Source: Bigelowiella natans CCMP2755 (taxonomy: Eukaryota; Protista; Cercozoa). Taken from it: a stretch of DNA of 64,000 nucleotides. The stretch is from contig ADNK01000875.1 of NCBI GenBank assembly GCA_000320545.1, positions 62,001 through 126,000 on the forward strand, in the 5' to 3' direction. Positions 1 through 12,800 of this stretch are shown piece by piece. A program made the translations under genes and the position numbers. The notes beneath the pieces were generated by a model. It did not search any database. It had not been told where the DNA came from and was given only the letters and a program-made list of their open reading frames with translations. The first letter of the stretch is position 1; every line of letters starts with the position of its first letter.

Positions 1-1257
1 AAAGTCTCGCTAGAGCATTCGAGAGCTTTTCGGGTGAGCGCACGTACGAGATGTCCTCAGGATCCAATGGCCGGCTACCAAGTCCCAAGGAAAGATCGGC
101 GAACATCTCAGTGATTGCCCTGGCATTTACTTCGGCTGCCCAGCTTCCAGGCGCTGCTGGTTCCATGATTTGGACGTCATCAACCTTCAACACATCTTTC
201 AGAAGCATCAGGATATGGGTTCCGGATGCAAGCGCCACGAACACCTCTCGCCCTTCCGGTAGAGATGACGACGCAGGATTGAAGGACGGCAACACTGCCA
301 ACTTGTAGATGTTGAAACAACTCAAAGTTAGTCGTCGTTTGCTCAGGGAACGAAGGGGAAGGGAGGGGAGGGAGGGAAGTAAAGAAAGATAGATAGATAG
401 AGAGAGAGAGAAATGTATTGAATACGAACATACGTGATGTGCCATCCAACGAGAGATTTGGGTCCCGATGAGCATGATTGCATCGTACTTTCCCGTAGTA
501 ACAACAGCGCCATCTTTCATCATCACTGGCTTGGACGAGGAGGAAGAGGAGGAGGAGGAGTCCGCATTGCAGGGAGGGGAAGAGGAGACTCCTGCAGCTC
601 TCAACCGTTTCACTCCTGCTTCGTATTCTGATTACACATTATCATTAATTATACACAACCCTATTATTAAGAGTACATGCGAGAAGAAACAGAGACTTTA
701 AGTTGAAAACAACAGCAGCACTATTACTACCTGTTATCCTGCTCCTTCGTTTGTGCTGAAGTTTATTTTTACTCTGAATGCCTCTCACAAATGCCTGAAA
801 AGAGGAGGGGGTGGAGGAGGAGAGGAAGTAAAGTGAAGAGGATAGATGAAGGTGCAAAAGAAAAGGACAGGGGAGGCTGACAGAGATGGAATCAGGTAGT
901 GGCAAAATAGGTAGTGGCAAAATACTATATCTTTCCTTCTCGCGGCCCCCCGCCCCCCCCCCCCCCCCCCCCCCTCTCTCTCTTTCTCACACACACACAC
1001 ACACACACACACATAAAATATAAGTCATAACACTTAATATCAAGTAAAAGACCTGGAGTGTGTAGGAGGCTACCGTTGCGTGACGAAGGGAGAAGATGTT
1101 ACGGATACGCGTGTAAGCCTTTTTATACACAACAACAGACAAGTGAAGTGTGCTCAGAGAGAAGGGATATTATGAGCGAGGAGAACAAGCACATAATGAA
1201 TGAAGAAAAGAAGGATTATGTGATATTTCTTTCTTCAATTCCTGGGACAACATATTA

Positions 1258-1300
<43 letters not shown>

Positions 1301-1428
1301 ATGCGACATACATGATACTTCGTAAATATTTAGTATCTGTCCCTATATTATTACCTTGACGACTGCCATACAACGAACGAGCTTCTTATGAACGAGATGC
1401 CTGCGTGTGTGTGTATGTGTGTCTGTCT

Positions 1429-1471
<43 letters not shown>

Positions 1472-1489
1472 CTGGTCTTGCAATGACAA

Positions 1490-1529
<40 letters not shown>

Positions 1530-2121
1530 CACATCGATGATCGTAGTTTCCTTTTCTACTATTTGCTTTCAATTCATGAACATTCTGCTGTACAGTGCAG
1601 ATGCTCTACCGTTTGATGGCATGTCGCGCCTCGGTGTTGCCGACGATCTTCTTCGCCTCCATCGGGTTAAGGAGCCTCGAAACAACATCTTGCATGTTCT
1701 CCCGGAAGAAAATCTTAGTGAGTCCAATCTTGATGTCAGGTGCGGAAAGACCGAAGAAGAGGAATAAAACCGCCTCGCAAACATCACGGGGGTTTGCCTG
1801 CTTTAAATCGCTGCTGTCATCTCCAAAGCAGCAGCTGTTTTTGTATAATGCGTAGATTTTCTTGATTTCGATGCGGGTGGGAAATCCAAGCTTTATGATT
1901 TTCAACGCCTGGATGAGCCCCCCTGATTCCAGCTGATCTTCCACAAGCCTTGCAGCCTATTAACGGTGAACGATCGAACAACATGAGGAACAAAACACAT
2001 GAGGAGGAGGAGGAGGTGGTCGGGGAGGAGGAGGCCAAGAAAGACAAGATATAACGGGTGGAGAACTGCGTGCCGACATTGTATCTCCTAAATCTTTGTG
2101 TCATTTATTCAAATATATATA

Positions 2122-2169
<48 letters not shown>

Positions 2170-2915
2170 CACACTCACACACACACAGACACATTTCACG
2201 TATTATTTGTCTTTATTATATTCTTTTCCAAGTCGGCTTTTGAATTTTCTGCCCCTAGCCCCCCTCCTGTCTCTTACCCAAACGTCGCATTTTTTCTCAA
2301 GATTTGGCTTTATACAGCGAATGAATCTAGGCTCGGTGCCATCCTGCCAATAACAACAATGACAACAACAACAACAACAACAACAAATGTCGATGACGAC
2401 AGCAACGTCGAGGAGGACAAATCAAGAAGAAATCCTTGAAAATAGCAGTCAAAGACGGTGGAAGAAGACATGGGGTAAAGAGACTGCATGTGGGGCACGT
2501 GTTAAGGCCAGTACAACTATAAGCATCATTGTTACCATTACGCACATATCGACACGTGCGTGTGTGTGTGTGTTGTGTGTGTGTGGGGGGGAGCTTTCTC
2601 TCACATATAATCATCACCAGCTCATGCATCAGTCGTTTGAGCTGCCTCAGGAACTTTGCCCCTACAGTCTGGCTGCGCTTACTCGGTGATCGTGGCGATG
2701 GACGGTTTTTGATGGGAGAAGAAGAAGAATAAGATGATGATGATGTTGCTATTGACGATTGTCGCTGTGCAGCAGATGGTGATCCAAAGATGGCGGAGGA
2801 GTGCGAGGAACCCGAGAACATTGATGATGAAGTATGATTCTGCAGCAATGGTGATTTCACCTGAAATAATGGATGGATGCGGTCAATATGTTGATAAATA
2901 TTTCTCCCCCCCCCC

Positions 2916-2947
<32 letters not shown>

Positions 2948-2999
2948 ATTTCTCTCTCTATTTCTCTCGGCCCCTTCCTCCACTCACATAGGACACATA

Positions 3000-3059
<60 letters not shown>

Positions 3060-3331
3060 TGAATTGTTTCCAAGCCTAGTAGGATGCTACTATCTATCAC
3101 CTTTGTTGTCGGGAAGGCTAACCGGGGTCCACACAATAGCCTCCTGGATGTAGTCCTTTTGCTCCGAAAGCACGATCTTGTTGTTGAAGTAGTGCTGCGG
3201 ATTGGAAAGAAGGGAACACCCCATTGAGAGAGGAAAATCAACACTGAAATGCATCTCTTCAGAAGTTTTCAGACAGAAAGGCCTTCGATGTCGGATTACT
3301 AATCATCACCATCACCACCATTACTACCGCG

Positions 3332-3367
<36 letters not shown>

Positions 3368-5770
3368 GTCTTATACCTGCAGGCGCTCGTTGGTTAGGTT
3401 AATGCACAGCTGCTCAAAGCTGTTGTCTTCGAAAACCTCAAACCTAAGAGCGTCCAGCGGATCCTTATATAAGGCTATTTCGCGTGGATATGTTGCTATC
3501 TTGCTCTCCCTCACAAGCGTGCATAGCATGGTATCATGCTGCAATGGCATTTTGTAAGCTGTATTTTCGGAGTGAGATAACCCGAAAATGTCCAAGATCC
3601 CGATGTCTAAGATCTTCTTATCGCCATTCGAGTCACCTGGCGGAGAAAATGATAAAATTGATGATAATAACAATAGCTCCGATTCATTATTCATGAATGA
3701 CTGGTCACATTCTTACCCGCCATTGTGCTGTTGATGTGTGCTACAATCCAATCGAAGACGCCCTTATATATGCTCTATGTTTTGGACAAAATGAAGACAA
3801 GGTATTAGATACACGCACACACACACACACATACACACACACACACACACATGTAGATATATAGATATAGTACTCCAAGACCTTTGCCGTCGAGTCTCTG
3901 TTCACAACAGCGGCTTTTAGATCATACGGCTTAGCAATGATGGCTTCCCCGACCTAATTAGTAGTAGTCATATGTATCATCGTACAACTATGCGAACGGA
4001 TGATTGCAACCATCATACATGCTCTCTTTGCAGGATTATAATCCAGGGCATTTGCCAAGAAATTATTCGAAATCGGACTTGTTACGCTGAAGCCCCTACT
4101 CCTCTCTCCTCGCTTGTTATTATGATGTAAGACAACATACCTTGATGTGCCGGTAAGTGAGAAGAGTTCGGAGTGAGCCTAGGGAGATGCCAAAGAGTTC
4201 AGAGGCCATCTCGAGATGCTCCAGAGACTCTTGGGAAATCAGACAGTCCTCTTTCTCCTACGGTAATAAAGATGTGAGATGTCTTTGTATCTACTACCGA
4301 CGTGTGCTTCATTATTTTCAGGCATATGATTGTTCGCAATAAATGTAAGATATTACGTTCGTAATGAATTCGATGTTCCCGAGGTGAAGAATCCCTGCTA
4401 TCAACTGGAAGATCTGAAAGGGAAGAGAAGGTGGGAGGGGGGGGGGGGGGGTGTGAAACGACGGTGTCTTTCAGATAATAGATGCTTTGCTACCTGGATG
4501 ATCTCTTCGGATGAAAAGCGTGCTCTCATCATAGCGTTCTTGAGATGTCGAAACAAAACAGAATCTGGCTTTGTGTCTGCATGATCAGAGGAGGCAAGGA
4601 AGAGATAGGAAACCAGCTTGAGAAGAAGGAGATGGTGCGAACATTCTATGCTGATAACCCCCTATTCATCAGCTCTAAAGTGGTCTCAAACGGATCGCTC
4701 TCTCCTCCTCTCCTACCATCTCCCAACTGCTCCATGCTGCTATATTATTGCCTGGGATTGCGTAGCAATTGGACTGGTTGCAGTATCTGAAGTCCTGTGG
4801 CTGTTGTAGTGGTAGTGGTAGTGGTAGTAGTATTAGTAGTAGTAGTAGTAGTAGTATTGGGTCACGAAGGAAGAAAGGAAGAAATAAATCATACAAACAT
4901 TCAATCAGGAAGAGGGAGAATCCCAGCTTCTCAGCAACTAAATAACATATTCTTTAGATCATCAAAATAAAAAAATGCATTAATAGTAGGGAAATGGCAG
5001 GGATAGTCTCCGTTGTAGCAATAATCATCAGCATCGTCCTCATCAACATCATTGGCATAATTTACCACAACACCACTAACAACACCATCGTGATCTTATA
5101 CTACCGTGGTTAAGCCCCACTTTGAGCGCCTCTCTTTAGTCAGGCCCTGGACACATCATAGAAGGGGGGAGAGAAGGAGGAAGAACACCTTATCAAAAGG
5201 CAATAGGAGCAGAGGAAGCGAGGAAAGGATGATGGGGGTATTATTTTCTTACGTATAGGATTTGGTAAAACACGTGATAGTTGCGCTCCCCTGGACTCTG
5301 CAGCACCTGTTCCCACGCACAGCAGCATTCACTCTCACGATGACGGCGATAACCACAACAAACAGCGAACTAACGCCTGCAGCTAACTACCACTCGATGT
5401 ACATTCGTGAGTTAAAGTCTCAGGAGGAAATGTGGAAGTTATTATTTCTTCGGAATCGTGATATATTATCGACTACGATCACACAGATTATGTTGAGGGC
5501 CCCTGCGATGGTTGAGGAGCCATAACGCTACTAGACGAACAACAAAATCTTCTTGTATGTCGTTCAGAGCTCTACAAATCATTTTCCGAAAAGAATTTGA
5601 ATCATCAAGTCAATACCGATGCTGGCACACATCCACCGGTGTTACTGCTAGTACGCACTATAACTACGCTGTTTCTCCTACTACTACCACACGGGAAGTT
5701 TCCAACAGAAAAGTACTTATTGCAGAGCCTGAGGACGACAAATTTAGAATACTCACGGGAGGTGTGAGTA

Positions 5771-5807
<37 letters not shown>

Positions 5808-6111
5808 CATTATGATATATACGTAATGACAAAACCTCAACGAGCACCAAAATCTTCAGAAAGGAAAAGAAAATAGAATACAATTGACATAGATTATGTA
5901 GGGAAAGCATCGATGCTGCTAGACCTTGGATAATATACTTGCCATCATCATCTACAGTCTCTGCCGTATATCAAACGAACAGTACATTGTGTAATCAAAT
6001 AAATATGCGTCTTAAATACAATTCTCGAGATTTGACGCGCTCATATTTTCTTCTTGTCCCTGCTCTGCTTGCCTCTGAATTATCCTCTCCCCTCGCTTCT
6101 CAACCCTCTCA

Positions 6112-6154
<43 letters not shown>

Positions 6155-6384
6155 GTCTGTCTATGTTTGTGTGAATGATCCAACTTCCAAATTGCAGCTT
6201 TGTGAATTTGCCAAATCGTGAGCTGTTGTTATTCAGAACGGTCTTCGCGTTTCCGAAGGCCTCCTACAACAACAGCATTCATATGGTGTGACGAGGAGGA
6301 GGCCATTTGACTAGCAATGGACAACTTCGAAATCTCACCAGTTCTAAAAATTTCAACTCTCTCTCGCTCCCTCTCCTTCTCTTT

Positions 6385-6438
<54 letters not shown>

Positions 6439-7983
6439 TCCTCTGAATTTTTCCTTGCTTAGCAAGTACTATTAAATGGTTGTCGTCCTTATTTGCTGCT
6501 ACTACCAGAATTGGGTTAACTGCCAGTATCGACAGCACCCTCGCCTCTACTTCTTTTGCTTCCTATCATACGAACGTGTAGTACGCACACTGAATAATAA
6601 CTTATGAACATGAAACAACATGTGAGTTTGTGTGTGTGTGTGTTTGCTATCATTTTGTGCCTTTCCTCTTCCAAACTGCATACCCCATTCAATTCCAAGT
6701 CTTCTTCGTCGAAGTCATGGAACTCGATTCTAACAAATGAGATAAGAGAATGAAAGAGAAGGAGGAGGAGAAGGAGAAGGAGGGGGGTTAACCTTTTTTT
6801 AACTGCACTACTCCTACCCAATCGCGACACCCACAACCAATATGGTCGTAATAACTCTCAGACTTGAATGATGTCGCTAAATCTATTACGTGTGGTTGCC
6901 AGCTGCTAGTGAGGTGTTGGATTTTAGGGAAGTGGAGGACATCCGGCGCATTAGCTGCAGATGATAATAGAGGACGACAAGCAGAGAAAGATGAAGAGGA
7001 GGAGGAGGAGGAGGAGGAGGAGGAGGAAGAGTGGGCAAGAAGGGAAAGAGTTTTGGAGGGGGGGGGAGGGGATGAAGTGAGAAACTAACGATGATAATAA
7101 TTCATTCTGTACAGTGTTACACCATCAGCAGAAGCAGCAATATGCTACCTTCTTCGGTTTAGCTGAACTATCCGAGGGAGGACTACTTCCGTCAACCTTG
7201 TACAACCCAGGGGGGGGGTAGTAGGGGAGAAAAGGAGAGGGGATAAGCACAGATTACAATACAAAGGCATTGGTAGTTACGGTCAACATTCTGTCCGAGT
7301 AAGATCACGAATTAAAGATGAAATTGCATGTTGTATCCTTGAGCAAATGGCCATCATCGTATGCTCCTGCTATTGTTTATTTTGCGGGTGGCAAATAACC
7401 GTCACAGAGCTCCCTCTAGAAGTGGTGAACGCAAGATGCTTCATCAGGAGCTTCGCACTCTCCGATTTTCCCGCCCCTGACTCGCCGCACACGATAATCG
7501 ACTGTGATTTCTCCTTCAACGCCAGTGCTCGGAATCTATGTATTGTCACACATCGAAGGATACCGAAGAATTAGTGTGACGTGGATGGGCCACTACATAC
7601 ACAAGCACACGTGTGCAGGAGAAAGAGAGAAAGAGAGGGAGAGAGGGAGAGAGGAAGAGAGAGGAAGAGAGGAGAGAGAGAGGCACCACCACAGCGTGTT
7701 TGTGGTTGATGTATATCTACACTCTACTCTAAAATATTTTTAGGATAGTTGCTATTTTCCTCTACATACGCGTTCTCCGCAATGTTGTAGATGTGGGGTT
7801 CGACAGTCTCTCGCTTGCCCTTGGCGCTGTATTTTTCCATGAATTCTGTGGTTATTGGGACATATGATAGCTGTTGTTAAAGCAACAACGACTCCATGGA
7901 CTGCTATGTCAAACTATGCTATGGTGAGTCGAATCATGTTACGGCTCTGTTGTGCTGCTGCTACTGCTACCACCACCACCACC

Positions 7984-8041
<58 letters not shown>

Positions 8042-8822
8042 GTTATTCATAATAATACAAGTGGAGCAGTATTAAGAGTTGGAACTACCCGTTCCGTAGT
8101 ACGGCATAGACTTGTAAGGGTTAACTGCAACCAGGATCGATGATACGCTGAGAGAAGAAGAAGAGACGATGAGAAATAAATGAGTAACCGTAGTCCGTGG
8201 GAGTAGGTGTAGTTAAGTAAACCTTGTATATATCTGGCCCCTTGAATATCTCACATGGAGATTTTGGATGACATCGGGCATCTCGAGGTGCAAAAGCGAT
8301 CCGAGGTCCTGCAAAAAGAAATAGGTCAAGGTAACCGCAAATCCTTAATAGCTCTACACTCTTATCGTTATCTTCTCACAGGAACTCCGTCTGTTGAATT
8401 TCCTTGCTCATTTCCTCCCTCGAGCTTGGAATCTGCCGACATCATCAGGCCCTAGCGTGCAGGGGGAACACTGACCAGAGCAGTAATTCTGATAGAAAAC
8501 GATGACGTTAACATGATTTGATGGGAGAATCAATCAATGACGGTGGTTAGAGCTTGTGCTAATGCAGCTTATGATAGAGTAGGACCTTTATCAACAGATT
8601 CGACGTGGAGAGGGAGAGCTCCAGCTGGCTACCTTTTCACAAATTAGATCAAAATGTCCTTGAATTATCTCAAACGACCTAGAATTTTCATTGTCGCATC
8701 CTGAAATATTCTTGAGCTAAGCACGATGTTCCCTTTTACCGACCCGTGACCCGACACTTGACGAAGCGTTTCGTTTTCCTAACATCTGGACCTGTAGAGA
8801 GAGAAGATCTCGGGGGAGGCAT
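1..8822 (-). CDS. Myosin heavy chain (multi-exon; 3' end runs off the left edge); tail includes a calponin-homology-like segment
   Basis: Minus-strand exons give P-loop GESGAGKS (~7450-7490), [20 protein letters not shown] (~6200-6265), switch [30 protein letters not shown] (3375-3620) and GFPTR...IGLTKIFFR (1606-1944). Probable ATG at 8822. Confidence 0.93.
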
Positions 8823-9049
8823 GCCATCCAGGCTCGTTGGTGCTTGCAAATGATGATGGTGAGTTTTGATGACGAAAATATCATCAGCTGCCCTTCTTAG
8901 AAAATGTCACATGCCAAAATTTCTGATTTTTGAACTTTGAACATTTTTGGGGGAAAACACGTTTTCACACTCATGCTGGAGTAGTGTCACATTTTCATGT
9001 TTCATGATGTTCTAACAGCAAAGAGTAGACTTGACGTTATTACAACTTG

Positions 9050-9478
9050 CAGCGAAACATGACAATTTTGCAACATGCTCTAGTCTGGTAGTGCTTGTTT
9101 TCACATGCACCATGCAGCTAGCCAGGCTAGCAGGCTAGCAGGGCTAGAGGGGGTCCTCATTGTTTTCAGTTCGAGGCACTGGGTGCAAACATGCTAGTGT
9201 GCCGACACAGACCGCACGTGCTAGCGTGTCGATCTGATGTGCACACAGCTAGACAGCACAATCGTGTCACCGTGCAGACCGCCACGCTAGCACGCACTGT
9301 GCGTAGCTAGCTGTAGCTAGCACAGCGCATGCTGCTGTCCTGCATGTCACGCGCTAACAACATGCATGCATGTCTAGTCTAGTAGTGTGTGCATCTAGCT
9401 AGCTAGCTTAGCTAGTTAGACGTGTTGTGTTTATCATTGCAATGATCACACATCCACACGCGACGACACGCATCACAT
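9050..9478. other. CTAG-rich zone, otherwise TpA-poor, at the retrotransposon target site
   Basis: About 17 CTAG in 9061-9420; few other TA. Confidence 0.88.
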
Positions 9479-9804
9479 TGTAGCGCGTACCACTACGCGG
9501 GCACAAGTCACGTGCGACAACAAAGGGGTTGTCGCGGATATAGAATATAGATAACGTAGATATTAATACAGCATAGGCACGTGGGTTCCGGCGGGACTCA
9601 TGGCAGCACACCGGAAGTGTGCTGCCCCACGTGCGGCGGCATTCGCGAAAGCTTCGCGAATGATTACGCAGTGCACGATTTAATAAAAATATAATCTTTA
9701 ATAAAAATAAACACAACTCTTCAAAAGGAAGCAAACGTGCCTTTCCCCCCCCCTGCCTACTTGTGCACGTAGCGCCTCGGCCTGTGAACACCTTACGCGC
9801 AACA
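9479..9804 (+). repeat. 5' LTR
   Basis: TGTAGCGCGTA...TACGCGCAACA imperfect terminal inverted repeat; identical by eye to 14866-15191. Confidence 0.97.
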
Positions 9805-9809
9805 ACCTT

Positions 9810-9827
9810 TGGCTTCCACACACGGGA
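9810..9827 (+). promoter_or_regulatory. Primer binding site (tRNA identity not determined)
   Basis: TGGCTTCCACACACGGGA starts 5 nt after the LTR and is complementary to a CCA-terminated tRNA-like 3' end. Confidence 0.7.
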
Positions 9828-9843
9828 AACGATTTGACTAACA

Positions 9844-12800
9844 ATGTCACAGCAGCTAGAAGAACAGCAGGACTTTGGCTCGCAGGCCGTGCAAGGGCAC
9901 GAGCAGAAACAGGAAAGGAAGGGCGATACGGACGCTAAGGAAGGAGGAGGAACACCTCCACAGGCACCGCCGGGACCAGCACCCGGGATTAAGAAAGCAG
10001 ATGCAGCAGCAGAGGCACTGGAGAACTTCTACGAGGCGGACGACGAGGACGTGGCCGCCGAAAGCAAGAAGGTCGTAATGGCATTACGAGCCTTGCGACC
10101 CAGGGCGAGCAACTACGCCAAACTGAAAGTATCGATAGAATACAAGTATCAGACACATGATGTTTGGGCAGCTATCATGCAGGACATCATGGATTACGAA
10201 GCAGACTTACCTCCAGAGTGGGCAGCTTTGTTTAGGAACGACGGGGGTCTGGGCGCCTCGCGGGGGACGACCCAGAGCACCGTCAAGCAGCAGCAGCCGG
10301 TACAGCGGAACACCCAGTTCATGTCTGTTAAAACAGCACCGGTTATGATAACGAAATACAACGGGAAAAGAGGTGAGGCAAGGAGGTGGTGGAAGAACGC
10401 TAGGAGTATACTCTGCGACTTTACCCCTAACCCCACCGAAAACGACAAGCTCAAATGGCTAGCTATAATAAAGCAAGCCATGGACCTTTACGAGACAGGC
10501 AGGACCCGGATCAGGCAGCTAGAGAAAATACACACTACAGTTAGTGGGCTACGAGACGTTGAGGCGATAATGAAGGCTTTTGTAAATGAACAGGATGCTA
10601 ACTCCCTACCCCAGGCTATTAGAAAATACAGAGCAATGATGCAGCATGAGAGAGAACCTGTTAGAGACTTTGCCACGCGCTTCCAGGATATGATCGACGA
10701 ACTACATGATTTTAATTACAACACAGGTGATGATCAGGCAAGGTTTGAAGAGTTCAAGTTAAAGATAAAGGAATCCACTTACGTTACGGAGAAAGGCTAC
10801 ACCACGATGGAGGCAGCAGTGCAGGCTATATCCCTACGCGAGCAGGAGCAGGACCGCAAGTTTACCAGCCCTAAGGTACCTGGCATAGGAAACATTAACG
10901 CTATTAAGCCGCAGCGAGACTGGTACAAGGACAGGGAAGGTAACCGACGTTGCGGATACTGCTCACGTAAAGGGAAACACACCGCTAAAGACTGCAGAGA
11001 CAGGAAAGAAGGACGACCCAGGATGACGATCAGGCAGCTCAACGAACACTACGAGAAGTTAAAGAGAAAGAAAGGCAGAGGACAAGGATATAACAACAGC
11101 AAATGGCAAGGCAGCAACAACGGGAAGAACAATAAATATAAGAACAAAAAGCAGAACAGTATCAATGCTATACAGCAGCAGATAAACGGAATATTAGATC
11201 ACCTTAAGCAGGCGCCGACGAAGACAGCAGTACCAGCAACGCAGGACCAAGACAAGCCCATGACCCTAGACGACATAAAGAACTTAGGAGTATGCAACAT
11301 TAATGACGAAGACGCTAACAGGACTATCAAAGTTGCTATGACCAAGGTTAAAGTTAAAGACAGCTACGGAGACTACAAGAAACTACCTGCCCTTTGGGAT
11401 AGTGGCAGCATGCCGAAGTCCTTCATAAGCCTAAGCACAGTAAGAAGGTTAGGACTATTGGATCAAGTGACTAAGAAAGAACGTAAATATGCTCAAGCAG
11501 ACGGAAGCTCTTCCATGAAGACCGTCGGTGAGCTAATGCTAAAGCTACAGATACCTGGCAGCGACGCGGAGACCCAAATCAAGACCCGAGTAGCCATGAC
11601 TTTATCCATGGAACTACTCCTCGGACAGGATGCCCTAGAAAAATTAGGGGGGATCATATCATTCTACAATCACAAGATATACTTTGCTAAGTTGCCAAAG
11701 AAGTCAGGCAGGACCATCAGCCAGAACATGATACGGCTTGACGAGTGGACCTCTGAGTCAAGCGTTAATGCGTTAGAGTTTATGGACCTAGCGGACAACA
11801 AGCTACCTACACCTACCGAGCTACGGAAGAAGAACCCCGGCAAGACCATCCGACAGATAACGGAGCTACTGGACAAGACCCCCCCAGCTGATGATTGGGA
11901 TATCGACAAAGGCAAAAAGTACATTAATAAAATATTAAACGAGAAGTACTCTGACATCACCAAGCCGACGACGAAGCCCTCCAGCAAGCTTACCCCAGTA
12001 AAGATCGAGCTAAAGAAGGGATACGAAGAGTGCATCATCAATGACCCAGAACATAGGCGACCGGAAGCGGACTGGGAAAAGATAGAGTGGCAGATCAATG
12101 AATGGGCAAAGGAAGGGAAGATAGAGCCAAGCAACTCACCATGGAACGTGAGACATGTGCTAGCTAAGAAACCTACTTACCCTTTCTTCCGCCTGGCGCA
12201 CAACTTCATCCGCCACAACCGAGTAATAAAGAGGATCCAGACACCTACACCAAGGATAGATGACGTTATTGAACACGTCATAGGATACAAATACTACTCT
12301 TCCCTAGATAAAAATGAATCATACATGCAGACACCCATCCACAAAACCTCCCGCCCCATTACCGCGTTCTCCAGCAGGCACAGGAAGTGGCACTTCGTCG
12401 TATTCCCTTACGGCCTAAGCATATCAGGGGATGCGTTCAGTAGTCAGAACTACAGGGCATACACACATGATGGGATGGCGTCTGTGTTGTGGGTGTTTGT
12501 GTTTGTGTATGTGGATGATGACATAATATGTACCAACACAGTCGTCGCTCAGATCTTCCTCCTGGAAAATATATTTATTAGGTTTGCACACTTCGGTTTT
12601 ACTATTAGACTGCAGAAGTGTACATTCCTAGCTACAAGAATCAAGTGGTGTGGATATTACCTGGAGCAAGGCCGCATCACCCCAAACCCCGAGAAAGTAG
12701 CAGCACTACAGCAAGCCCCTAAACCTAAGAATGCAAAGGAGTTAAAGTCATTCTTGCAGACTGCAGCTTGGATACTACGTAGGTTCTCCCCTACCTACGC

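Noticed and set aside
785-8143. Many short ORFs with [12 protein letters not shown] or poly-T/H runs
   Set aside because: They are translations of intronic microsatellites.
9408-9821. Antisense ORF duplicated at 14819-15178
   Set aside because: It is the LTR read backwards; the two are identical because the LTRs are identical, and there is no coding signature.
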